Source: the human T2T-CHM13v2.0 reference genome, Homo sapiens
Direction: 5' to 3' (one strand)
DNA: 64,000 nucleotides
Assembly: GCF_009914755.1 (NCBI RefSeq)
Contig: NC_060946.1
Position 1 is the stretch's first letter. The number at the start of each line of letters is the position of its first letter. The position numbers were made by a program, and so were the translations under genes. Positions 28,210-43,480 of this stretch are shown one piece after another. Below the pieces are notes generated by a model that did not search any database, was not told where the DNA came from, and worked only from the letters and a program-made list of their open reading frames with translations.

Positions 28210-28518
28210 AGTCTTTTTTTTCTTTTGAGGCAAGGTCTCTCTCTTCTCTGCTTGGTCGTTCAGACTGGAGTACAGCGGCATGCTCATAGCTCACTGCAGC
28301 CACAAACTCCTGGGCTCCAGCAGTCCTCCCTCTGCAGCCTCCTGAATAGCTTGGACTGCAGGCACGCACCACCATACCTAGCTAATTAAAAAAATTTCTT
28401 TGTAGAGATGAGATCTCACAAAGTTGCCAGGCTGGTCTTAAACTCCTCGACTCAAGCAGTCCTCCCACTTCAGTCCCCCAAAGCACTAGGATTACATCCA
28501 TGAGCCATTGTGCCCAGT
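28210..28518 (-). mobile_element. AluJ
   Basis: Diverged reverse Alu. Confidence 0.85.
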
Positions 28519-28668
28519 CCAGAACTTCCTTTTGAAGGAAAGTATTGATGTGCAGTTTTCGAGAGCACGTCAGCCTCTCTATTAAGTTTTTCAATGTACT
28601 TCTGATAGTATTTTCTGAAAATTTTTCTAAGTCACAATTTCTAATTCACTTGACAGTTGGGTATTTGA

Positions 28669-29944
<1,276 letters not shown>

Positions 29945-30251
29945 TTCCGCTCCTTTTAAAATGGATTCAATCAAGTGACCTCTGTAAAAATCCATAACCT
30001 GTATTGATTGAGGTTGGTTTCAGGCTATTTATTGTCGTTTCCCTCATTTCTTTAAGCAAATTTCTGTTACTCAAAATTAAAACAATTGAATGAGCATCTT
30101 AGAAGAAACTTTCTAAGCATTTGGATTCAAGGTAACTCTATTTTGTGAGAGAGAATTACACTGAAAACCCTTTATGTCAGCCCATAGTTTAGTTATCTGT
30201 AAAATGATGCCATTAATACCTACTTTGAAGAGTTTTGTGCAGAGTAAATAA

Positions 30252-30611
<360 letters not shown>

Positions 30612-30669
30612 AAAACCTTTCATTTTTTTCCTTTACATTCAGTGTTTCTCTCTTCCTCGTTCCCGTATG

Positions 30670-31020
30670 TGCTTTTGCATGGCTATGCTGCAGTAACAAG
30701 CAGTCCTAGAAGCTCAGTACTTAGCAGCCACAGAAACATCGGGGGAGTGTTCATAAAGTTTTTCCAGATCAGCTGTTGACTCTGCGCTTTCTGTCTTCCT
30801 TCCGCTGTCTAGATTAAAGGAGCAGTTCCTATTTGGGATAAGGGGAAAATAGCTATACTTGAACAGTGTGATAATCTTTTAAGCTTCTGCTCAGAGGTGG
30901 CATATGTCACTTCACTCATATTTCATTGACCAGAACATTTTCATAAGCAAGCCATAGGAACAAGTCTGATGTCAGTGATGATGGGCAGCATAATCCTCTT
31001 ATGAGAAGCCAGTGAACAAT
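30670..31020. mobile_element. Old MLT1 (J/K-like) LTR
   Basis: ggctatgctgcagtaacaa...agaggtggcatatgtcacttcactcatatttcattgaccagaac. Confidence 0.65.
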
Positions 31021-31220
31021 CGGAACACGTGTGAGATCTCTCTCAGCTGGGTGACTCGCTTTGAGGAACGTATCTGTAGATGCCATGAAACCCTTAGGAC
31101 AGGACTTGGGTGAGCATCACAGTGATAACAAAGGGGAGGGACTGAGATCCAGTGCTTACTTCCCGAGCAGATTCCTCAATCTGGCTGATAATCAGATTCA
31201 CCTGGGGCACTTTTTAAAAG

Positions 31221-31520
<300 letters not shown>

Positions 31521-32113
31521 GAGAGAGAGTGGAGACTAAACCAGTCCAAGGGAGCTGGCTTCTGCTTTCTCTTCTACACTACCCCATGGGTCATCAGAAA
31601 GAGAACTGCTGAGAATTCACACGATCTTTTGAGACCATGAGCTGATGTGAAATGTGTTCTGTTTTTGCATATATGGTCTGTATACTGTCCCAGAAACAGT
31701 TTCCTAGAAGACAGTCATTAGTTAGGTCCTTCTTGGTAGAAGGAGAGGGCAGTCGTCTTTTGTAGCCCCTTAAACGGGGCTTGTCTTTTGTTTTTGCTAT
31801 GGAGGTACTTAAAATACAAAAGGTTTGTGGAAGATAACAGCAGGTCCCTGTGTTAAGAAAAAGGGATTTGTGGAAGAAAGGGGAGTATGCCCTTTGTTGT
31901 TGTTTAAGCATCTTACTGAAAATAAGTAATATGTGGGCTCATGTTTTGGGCTCTTTCAAGGTGTCTAAAAGGAAATGGGGATACTAGGGAATAAAAGAAA
32001 GTTGTTTCAGTCCCTGCCCCCTCATTTCTGTGTAATCTGTGTCTTGCTCTGTTGTGATTGTGTTCAAGTCACCAAGTCTGGCCCTCACCTTTGTAGGTTT
32101 AAGATGTTAACTA

Positions 32114-32402
<289 letters not shown>

Positions 32403-32483
32403 CCAGCAACCCCCCGCCCCATGATGACCATAGGTCCCAAGTCTCAGAATTATATTTCATGTATTTAAAATTGGATATGTAAC

Positions 32484-33056
32484 CGTCTTAGTCCATACTG
32501 TTTTGCCGTAACAAAATATCACAGACTGAGTAATTTATAAAGAAATGTATTTCTCGTAGTTCTTCAGACTGGGAAATTCAGTATCAGAGTGCCAGCATCT
32601 GGTGAGGGCTGTTGTGTGGCACCTTGTCATCCCATGGCGGGAGGCAGGAGGACAAGAGAAGGTGAGAGAAGTGGGCAAGATGGCAAAACTCACTTTCATA
32701 AGGAAATCACTTTCTTGATAACTACCCCACTCCCCAGATGGCATTAATCCATTCAGAGCCCTCCTGACCCAATCACCTCTTGTTAGTGATTATACAGAAA
32801 ATTTTATGTACAATTTCAGTGTGTGTGTGTGTCTGTGAGTGTGGTAGGTTCCTGTGATTGAATCAATTCAATCAGCTCAGCATCTTATGGACCTGTGATA
32901 GTGGGAAGCTACACAAGCAGAAAGGCAGCTGTGGCATCTGAAGGCATACCATGTGCCAGGCTCTGTGTTATGTGCTGACCTCACCTCCCTACACTGTTGC
33001 ATTGGGGATTAGTTTTCTAGTATTTGAATTTTGGGGGACACACTGAGACCAGCAGT
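32484..33056. mobile_element. MST-family MaLR solo LTR interrupted by a ~190-bp templated insertion
   Basis: gtcttagtcc...cacagactgagtaatttataaaga...ggcattaatccattc...aatcacctct [insert] cacctccctacactgttgcattggggattag...ttttgggggacaca. Confidence 0.8.
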
Positions 33057-33873
33057 ACTTTTCATGGTCCTCACGTTTACCTGCCATTCAACACACACCA
33101 CCCTTCTAATACTAGGAGTTGAGAATTAGAAGGGGAAGAATTAGTTTCGACGGGGTCATTTCTCCCAGGGCTGATAAAGTATTCTTGGCCCGCGACAGCG
33201 CGTCATCACTGTCTCTCCCCAAGCAGGGGGGATGATTACTGCCAGTTTTTATCTTGGGACCTCTTTCCCATGATGGACAGCATACAGCGCATCCTCTTTT
33301 GATGATAACATTGTTTTTTTTTTTTTTTCCAGTAAGAATCCAGTTCTCTTTTCTTCATTATAATCCTACCCAGGCTGTTCCTAATTGTCCTACCTTTCCA
33401 GATTTCTTCTTGATTGGATTTCAAGCATATCTGGAAATCTTCATTCACACGTTCACCTTAGCATTTCTTCCTTGGCGGTGACCTGCATGTTGCTGGAGTC
33501 CTGTGCTGTTGCCCTCTTCTCTTGCATGCCTGCTGGCATTTCAGCTGGCCTTTCAGCTATTGCTGTCCTCATAGCAGCATGCCTCTGCCGTGGCGTCCAT
33601 CACATTGCATGGAAAAGGTTACTGGTTTTTTGCCTGTCCTCCCTCCTAGATCTTTGCTATTTGAGGGCAGGGTCCTCTTTTTCTTCTTTGTGTCCCCAGC
33701 ACATAACAGAGCCTGGCACATAGTATGCCTTCAGATGCCACAGCTGCCTTTCTGCTCGTGTGGCTTCCCACTATCACAGGTCCTAAGATGCTGAGCTGAT
33801 TGAATTGATTCAATCACAGGAACCTACCACACTCAAAGACACACACACTGAAATTATATATAAAATTTTCTGT
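32794..33873. repeat. Long inverted repeat: arm 1 32794-32977, arm 2 33697-33873, 719-bp spacer
   Basis: Manual alignment of arm 1 to the reverse complement of arm 2: 177 aligned positions, 6 substitutions, 3 small indels. Confidence 0.95.
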
Positions 33874-33874
33874 G

Positions 33875-34137
33875 GGCCAGGCATGGTGGCTCACGCATGT
33901 AATCCCAACACTTTGGGAGGCTGAGGCAGGCAGATCATTTGAGGTCAGGAGTTTGAAACCAGCCTGACCAACATGGTGAAACCCCATCTCTACTAAAAAT
34001 AAAAAAAATAGCTGGGCATGGTGGTGCACGACTGTAGTCCCAGCTACTCGGGTGGCTGAAGCTGGAGAATTGCTTGAACTTAAGAGGTGGAGGTTGCAGA
34101 GACTCCGTCTCAAAAAAAAAAAAAAAAGAAAAAAAAA
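33875..34137 (+). mobile_element. AluS with 3' internal deletion
   Basis: gaggttgcag|agactccgtctc junction; TSD-like aaaatt(tt)ctgt. Confidence 0.88.
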
Positions 34138-35228
34138 TTCTGTCTATGCACATTTTCATTATTCTTACACAGGAGACCAGGACACAATCATGTAAGAGCA
34201 ACCAGACCTAGAACATCGAAAGATGAAGTCCCACGTTAAACTTCTAGGACCTTATCTCTGGCATCACTCACCATCCCCCTACCTTTTATCTCCCCTATTT
34301 CTGTTTATCCGTTAAAGATACTATAATCTTTTCTTTTCCTGGACAGGATTAAAACTTAACTAAAATTTTCCTTGTCCGTTTTTCTCCACCTGCAGTTAGT
34401 TGCAAAACCCTTACTGACTGTGTGTCTGAAACTGTTCTTTCATAATTTCTTTCCATTTCCACTGTCATTTCTAGCACTGGCCCCGTCACCTCTTCCCAGA
34501 CTAGACCAGGGTTCTTCTCACCCTCCAGTCTCTCTCCCTAACTAACAGTGTGTTCTGCAGACCACATCCAAATTAACCTTCCAAGTTTGATTATTCTTTC
34601 TTTTCTTTGTTCAAAAGTCTTTGGTGACTCCCCAGTACTTAACACAATTTCCAACTAATTCAGCAGTGATCTCCTAGTAGCAAGAGAATGATGACTCCAA
34701 ACCTCAGAGGCCTGGAGCTGTATTCCAAAGCAGCTCTGAACATAAATTCTCTAATGACATCTCCCATTTTATCTGTAAGAGTCATGCAAGTATTTAAGGT
34801 AAAAATATCATCCCAAACAACAAGCAACAGCAATACAAAGTCAAAGTAAAACTCTAGGAACCTGTGCCATTTTTACCCTGTGGCTTTTTATATTCCAGCC
34901 ACACACCGTGGAACCCAGGGAACACTCACATCCTAATTGGAAAATTGGGTCTAAGCGATGAAGTCCAGATGATTCCATCTGGTATCTGAGGCTGTCTGTG
35001 GTCAGCTGCGAACCTGCTTTTCCAGATTTTGTCTCTGGCCATGCTTGTCCAGTATACTAGTCACCTAGTATAATTGTTCTAGTCACCTAGGAAATTGTGT
35101 TAGGTACTGGAAGACACCAAAGACTTTTGAACAAAGAAAGGATAATCAAAATGGATTAAACAAACCTAGAGCATGTTGCATAGTTTCCAACTTTCGCAGT
35201 GCTCAGGAATTGTTAATATGAGTGTGGG

Positions 35229-35553
<325 letters not shown>

Positions 35554-37414
35554 ATATGGACATTTTTTATGGGAGAAGACTCATGGAACTTCTTCTTAGC
35601 CTTTTTTAACTTCTGGAGACAGTTTTAGTAATTCACACATTTTCAGAAAACCCTATTCTAGATTTACACATATATTGGTATAATTAGTATTTTCCAGTTA
35701 ACCTAATATTTAGAGTTGTAGTCATATTTGAGGGGAGGAGCTATTTTGGTTTCCTTTCTGTGTTACTCAGCATCGAGCCAGTGACACAGCTGTTTGATGC
35801 AAGGCTGAGAGGAATGACATGGTTCCAGCAAAGCAGCAACACGGACCTGGCCAGCCTTTGGGGACTCCTGGGATCCATCTCTTGGCCAACTGAAAGTGTT
35901 ATGTAGCTGGTTTCAGGTCCCTCACCATTATACCCACTTGAGCTGATTTATACTTTACAGTGTAAATTGGCATGGGGCATGCCTTTGGGATTAAATTAAT
36001 TTATACCAAGTTAGAAAGCATCAGCTGTCAAAGTCAGGGGAGCCTTCTGGAGGCCAGTGTGCTTTTTTTCTTTCTGTATTCTGAGCCCACACTCCAGGCA
36101 TTCTCTCTTGGATAGCAGCTGGGACAGTCCTTCAAGAGGCCTGCTTTGCATCTCCTTTGTGTCCTTGCGGTTCCGGGTCCTATACAGAAGATCTCTGTCC
36201 TTTGACAGAGATACTACGTAGTAGTTGGTCCCCGTGCAAATTAGGAAGATTTGTAACCCTCTTACATAAAATACAACAAACACGATTTTTTTTTCTTTAA
36301 ACATTTTCCCCCTCCTTAAATACACTCAAAGGAATTACAGTGACCGAATGGCAGTAGTACAGATCTGTGATCTCGATCCTTAATCAGAAGTTGAAGAAAA
36401 GAGTTTCTCTTTACTACCTCTTTAGCAAAAGATTAATGAAAATTTATACAGGGATTAGAAACACATCAAACAAGAAAAGGTACCTGTAATGTTATTTAAG
36501 AAAAGTTGTGTTAAATGGGTTGGTAGGGTTACAATAAAGGCATTTAGCAATATCCTGCATATGTCACTTGACTGTCTCCAGTCTGGAAATTATCTTCGTG
36601 TATTAGGCAGGCAGGACTTGCCGAAGTGCAGAATGGTAAACTGCTTTTCTTAAGAGGTATGTAAAGGCCCTGTTTCTTCTGCTTGTTCCCGCTGCTGTGA
36701 GAGGTTGGGGCTAGTCCCCTTGCTCACTTCTGAGTTGTTTTCCCAGCAGCCACTGCACGGCTCGAAGGATTTGTCGTTGAGGGTGGAGAAGGTGGAAGGA
36801 TGTTGAACAGACTTTTCCCTAATGAGCTGTGATGCCAGCTGCAAAGGCGGCAAATCCTGTTACTCCCTTCAGCTACTCTCTGAAGCTGCAGAGGGGCAGT
36901 GGTAACTGGTCTCCCTGCCCTATGCTGATTAGCTGCCTTTTCTGCTGTTTTTCCCCCCTTCCTCTTCTGTCCCAGAGCATCTTGGCAAAGTTCAGATTTC
37001 TGTGCTCACAGCTCAATGCTCACAGTGAAAAGGAAATACAAAAGAGGAGGAGAGAAAGTGAGAAGAAAAGAGAGAAAAGGTTGGGGTGGAGGTTTTTAGT
37101 AGAGTCCCTTATTGCCTTAGTCTAAGACTTAAGCTCTGGGTTGAAACCTTAAGTGGTAAAGCTTTGTAAGTAGTAACCTGGATTTCCAAATAGTTCTTGC
37201 AGATAGTTTTATTGGCACATGAACACAGCAGGCCATATATTAAAAGCATTTGAATTTCTATCGTTTAGAAACCTCCGAATTTTGAAAAGGACACTTCGCA
37301 GTTTTTCCACAAACTATCATTGTGAGGAAGATGAAATAATTGTAAGATAAATGTTTTCATGTGGCATTTACTGTGTGCCACTGCTTCATTTAATCATTAC
37401 AACCCTTGAAAATA

Positions 37415-37575
37415 GACACTTTTAATGTGAAAAATAATTTATTGTAGTAAACACATTTTAAAGTGGTCAGTTCAGTAATATTAAGTAGATTCACATTGTT
37501 GTCAAAGAGATATCCAAAACTGTTTCGTCTTCCAAATGCCAGCCGCATATCTGAAACACCATACCCATTAAAATA
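37415..37575 (-). mobile_element. L1MB-like 3' end fragment
   Basis: ttttaaagtggtcagttcagtaatattaagtagattcacattgttgt. Confidence 0.6.
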
Positions 37576-39069
37576 ATGGGGAAACATTTTAACTGATCAG
37601 CCAGCATTTTAACTGTTTGGCCATTTCTTTTGTTCTGCAGGATTAAAAATAGCTCTCCTGTTTCTTTCCTTGGCTGTTTTGATAGAACATTCTTCCTCTG
37701 TATTTCATCACAGGATGGTGAGACCAGGGCTTGTATTTACTGTGCCTTGGTTTATCCATTTGGTACTAACTGGGGGGGGTTTATAGTTACTAAAGGGAAA
37801 GAGAAAAGGCTTTACTCTCCAGGGGTTCGTCACCTATTCTTGGTTCTCATCTTTACTGATTCTGCATTTTAAGTTCTGCTGAGCTCCAGGGGTAAGTTCA
37901 GCAATGTCTTCATCACCTCACAAGTTAGCTTGGACCTGCAAATTTTTGGGTGGGTTTTCTGGGTGGCTTCTGACACAGTAAACATAATATCATAGAATTA
38001 TATTTAAAAAGCAATTTTACATGTTGAACCCTGTTTTTAATGACTTCATGAGTTAGTTACTATATTCCAGGGATGGTGAAATGGGGAATATGGTAGGTAA
38101 GGGAGAAGAGTTGGAATATTTAATAAGTGACGCAGAGTTCCTCTCCCTATGTGTGTCCTTTGAGGGACCATTTAAGCCTATTCGATTCTCCTTGGAAGAG
38201 CTAGTCCAGCATCCCTGATATTCTACTTTCTATTGTGTTAGAAGAAAAGGCACTCCTGACATTATTGCTACAATGTAGAAAACTTGTCTTGCCTCCTTGG
38301 AGGATAGTATTCTAGCTAGAACCTAGGCAGCGCTGGTGAAAATGGCCATGATAAAGGCGGAAGCCAGAAGAGGATGTCTGTGTGCCGAAGGCGGAGATGG
38401 AGAAAAAGGTAATTAAATTTCTTGGAAACCACATAGTAAAAGTGATCCTCTAAGGAGATGCCACATGAACCATACGGCAAACTTTATGCAGTCACCTCCT
38501 TGAAAACACCCTCCCAGTTCTTAGCTTATCTTCTCAAATGTGGCCTTTGTTATTTATTTATTTCTGTAGAGATGGGGTCTCGCTATGTTCCTCAGGCTGG
38601 TCTTGAACTCCTGGCTTTAAGCAATCCTCCCATCTCAGCCTCCAGTGTTGCCTTTATTATTTAATTTGGTACTTCCATGCTTAAAAAAATCTTAGGAGAA
38701 ATTAGTTAGTACAGACTGTAGCACCTTTAATCACGATCCGATTGTGCTCTTAGTTTATGATGGCAGGGAAGGGAACAGAACAGGACGTGTAGAAACCTGG
38801 GGATGCATGGACGCCACAGTGACAGTGAGCACTGGTGGGAGCAGCGTGGGGGAGCTTGGCTGGGAAGACTTTGCAGATAAAGTTTCTCCCGTAAAGAACT
38901 GCAGTACAGTTCAGCAGAGGGACGGGATTTCCACCTAGGGAGAATGGTACATGTGAGGGCTCTTAGAGAAAAGACACAGTGGTTGGGGCGGTCACTGTAA
39001 TTGTAGAAACCATCAGGCCTTTCTAGAATGGAGAACATTGGCCGGGGGGAGCAGCTTGGTTTTGGGAAG

Positions 39070-39330
39070 AACACTGTACTCGGTGACCTGGGTTTCCACT
39101 CAGCTCTGTCACTGATTTGCTTAGTGCCCTTGGAGAAGCCAGTTAACCTTTCTGGACCTAGTTTATCTTGCTGTTGTTGTTTTTTCTCCCTTAAAAGAGA
39201 CAGGGTCTTGCTGTGTGGCCCAGGCTGGTCTCAAACTCCTGGGCTCAGTGATCCTCCTACCTCAGCCTCCCAAGTGTCTGGGACTGTAGGCATGCACCAC
39301 CACACCCGGCTAGTTTCTACATCTTTAAAT
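39070..39330. mobile_element. MIR containing a minus-strand FLAM (39195-39312)
   Basis: gacctgggtttccactcagctctgtcact...ccttggagaagccagttaacctttctgg; Alu monomer. Confidence 0.65.
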
Positions 39331-39977
39331 TGAGAGAATGGAAATACGTGATCTGTAGTTTCATTTCCGGCTCTAGCTGATTCTGACTTACCTATCAAAT
39401 GAGATTGGCCTGGGAGTTTTGGCTTTGAAGATTTTGCTTCTGTTGTAAGTCACTGGGAGGCTTGCCCAGTGCCCAGCTTAAAACATGAGCCATTCAAGTC
39501 TTCCCTCGCCTCGGCTGGCCTTTACTTGTGGCAGATCTTGAATTCCTATTTCTCCGTTCTCTCATTTAGTAAGTCCTTTAGAACCTTCCTCTTGTGCTGT
39601 TGCTTGGGCTAACATCTCCCCTCCCACCCTCTACCACTAGAATTCCTTGTATATACACAGCAGCTAGATTAGTCTCACTTTGCCTCTCTATAGAAATAAA
39701 CTGAGGTAGATCTCCATTGTCTCCCGAAGAAAGGCCAAACTCATTAGCTGGGTATTCAGGATCGCCTGTCAATCTCAGCTCACATTACTCCCCTTCACAT
39801 AATCTAAAGAATAGTTAAACTGAACCTAATATCCTCCTGCACCTGGTCATGCCCTGCCTCTCTCCATTGTCACTCGGTCACAATTACCATCTCACGAAAT
39901 CTCCCAGGCTTCCACAGCAGAAGTAACCCTTTTCTTCTCAGCTCCCATAGCGTGTTTTCTGTACCTGCTAGTACTGA

Positions 39978-40235
<258 letters not shown>

Positions 40236-41306
40236 CAGAGCCGTATTATTTCTATATAAGAAGGAAACCCCACCCCGTTTTGTGTCTGCTATCATGTAAT
40301 TGCTGTTAAGATCACAACTTGCATCTTATGCACATCTCGTACTTTTCAGAACCGTTAATAAGATTGTCAGAAGTTTGGTTTTTCTGGGGATTACTGATCT
40401 GGTTATGAGCAAGTCAAACCATAGGGAGCAGACTCTTGGGAAATGGTTTGCATGCAGAAGATTGCATCCTGGTTGAAAGAATGTGGGCAAACTTTTCTAG
40501 TAGGAGACTTGATGGCCTAGAAAACATTCTGTCATCTAAGAAAATACCTGCTTATTTTGGGGGTGTTGGGAAGGGAAATAGGATCTCCTAAAGTTCCCCA
40601 CCACCACTTTTTGTCCAGTGGTCCCTTTCCAAACAATTGCTTGTTGGAATACCGTGTCGAGGCAAGCTGAACCCCAAGGAAAGCAAAGACATTCACAGAG
40701 ACGTTACCTCATTCTGTTTAGATGATGTAAGATTAGCCTTGGATCTCGCAATCACCTTTCATCAGCCATGTAGGTGTGGCATCCCAAAATAAAAATTGTC
40801 ATTATCACTTACTAACAAATGCCATTCAAAATACAGTGGTTCTTTAAAGCTGTTGCAGATGGTTTATCTCTTGAGAAGGTTGAGTAAATGACAAATGTTT
40901 CATAAACAATTACATGAGCACTCCTTTCCTCTCTTTTGCGATTAAAATAGCAGTACAGCACATTTGTATTTATACTCGATTATATATAATCAAAGAGTTA
41001 AGCTCTTTAATTATGCAGCTAGCATTGATTTATCAAAAAGAGTTATGTGTGTTTCTTCTCATGTGCCGGTAAGAGGAATGGGGTTGGGGAGGGAGTAGTG
41101 AGAGAAATAAAACCCTGGGAAAAAGAAAACGCGGAATCCGGTTGCTCTTCTCACAGTAGCCAGAAGGAAGGGCAGAGCTGATCTCTGGCAAGTCCTTCCG
41201 CTGCTGGGACCATTCAGTTCTTGGGGCTTGTGCTGGCGGTAGGAAGGGGTGTGTATTTTAAGAAATCTCTGTTTGATTTCTCAACTTCCCTCTCTCCCTC
41301 CCTCAG

Positions 41307-41401
41307 GAGTTAGAAGCCGCTCTTCACAGAGATGACGTGGAGTTTATCAGTGACCTGATTGCCTGCCTGCTTCAGGGCTGCTATCAACGAAGAGATATCA
41401 C
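41307..41401 (+). CDS. CECR2: CECR2 internal coding exon (canonical exon 2), 95 bp, phase 0 in / phase 2 out; ELEAALHRDDVEFISDLIACLLQGCYQRRDI(T); DDT-domain region
   Basis: Pyrimidine tract ttccctctctccctccctcag acceptor (AG 41305-6), donor AC|GTGAGT at 41402; the translation matches CECR2 as I recall it and joins in frame to the exon at 61132. Confidence 0.96.
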
Positions 41402-42027
41402 GTGAGTAATTCTGATCTTTCTAAGCATTTCTTGCGCCAAGAACTAATTAACCAACCATAGTGATGTTTCCTGTCTCCTGTGACAAACCAGAACCGATCA
41501 TTAGGCATCACGGGACACTGTAGATGGAGGACGTACACGTAAATTTCCAGGCTGTGTTTGGCTTATTCTGCAGTTGGGTTTTTATTCCATCATAATCTTT
41601 GAGTTTATTTCATTCTCACAAATCCATATCACTTACTCTTGGATACCCCAGCTAACATATTTTAGTGTAGAATTTCTTCTTATATTTGCCATTTTCTGAT
41701 TTTGCAGTATTGGTAAAGTATTGCCTAAGAAATCAAAACTAGTTTTTATTACCTTTCTGTCATTTGAGTATCTTCTGTTGTTTACATAGCCAGCAGCACT
41801 GATGTAATAAAAAAAAAAGAGAGATGTGTAGAGACATTGAGCAAAATGTGATGTATGGAGACAAATAAAGGAGAGTCCTGATAGGACCTCTTGTTTTGAT
41901 CTTTACTTAATACACGTTTCTTTGCTATGTGTCTATATAGGACAGAACTACAGGGCAAACTCACAAAAAGGTGAGATGCAATGGGTTTCCTGGTCTCTTG
42001 CCTTCTGATGCCATGTAGGGGGTTTGA

Positions 42028-42373
<346 letters not shown>

Positions 42374-43480
42374 AAGTATCAGATATTTTTGTTCTAACGA
42401 ATTCAGTCTGTTAGGGCTGGGAAACGATGCTTGTTGTTAATGTGCAATAAAGTTGTAGACAAGGTAAGAAGGAGATGTAAATGCTGTTTTTCTCAGGGTG
42501 GAAGTCTGCATTCTCTAGGGGAGAGTTATTGCTCGTGCACTAAGTATAATGACTTTTCCCCCTAGAATACCCAGGTTGTATTTGTAAATAAAAATAAACA
42601 TAAAATATACCTTAGAATATTTTCTTCCGTTCTCTATTTAGGATGTAGACTTGGGAGTTTGTAATTTTTAAGCACTGTTGTATTCGTACCTTGTGTTTAA
42701 TTCCACATTTTCATAACCTGGAATTTTTTTTCATTATAGCAATCAGTTTTCTTATAACCACATTTTCTAAATGTCATTGTCAAATAATCCAGTCTGGTAG
42801 CTGACAAGTTATGTCTAGCTTTTAGCTGTTATAAACATATATAATGCATAGCTTTGTACAAAATTCACCAGGTTCCTGGAAGTACATCACTCAGTCAAAA
42901 GATATGCCCATTTAAGATCTTCATTTTAAGCAAGGCTTAAAGGCTTTTGCCAGGTTTCCCGTCACAGAGGTGGTTGTATTTTAGCCTTAAATGATCAGTG
43001 CGTGAGAGTGTCTGCTTGGATGATCCTTGTGAGCCCTCTGTACACAGACTAGTAGGTACTGGCAGCACAAACACTCACCAGATCTCTTAGAGTTCACAGT
43101 TGTGACAGGGAGGTCCATGAATCATTACAGTAATGATTATATAGTTGCCAGTTATGTAATTACAACAGTAAGTGCTTAGAAATAAAAATACAACATATTA
43201 ACAGAGCATACAACCTGGGGTAAGAAAGTGACTTGTGAACTGAGCCTTCACATATGGGCTGTTTTCTCTCATAGGATATTCCTCCGTGGCTGAGTTCATC
43301 CTCTAATTTGTCCTTCTGTTTAAAATTGATCTTAACTAATTCTGCTTGTTTGTTCTTCCAGATAGTGGTTACAAAGTTATGTCCTGTTCTTTAAGAACTC
43401 CCCTTATCTAATCATTCTAACTAGAATCAAATAAACCTATGAAGAAATGTGGGCAAAATTGACATCCCTACAATGTGGTC

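Noticed and set aside
35057-35090. 12-bp direct repeat ctagtcacctag with a 10-bp spacer
   Set aside because: Only two short copies; ordinary micro-duplication, not a CRISPR-like array
35832-35852. REST/RE1-like sequence AGCAGCAACACGGACCTGGCC
   Set aside because: Mismatches in both core half-sites (CAGCACC and GGACAG)
38342-38414. Possible first exon ending M-E-K-K|GTAATT in frame with 41307
   Set aside because: Several upstream out-of-frame ATGs, moderate donor and no promoter motif; expected by chance in 40 kb
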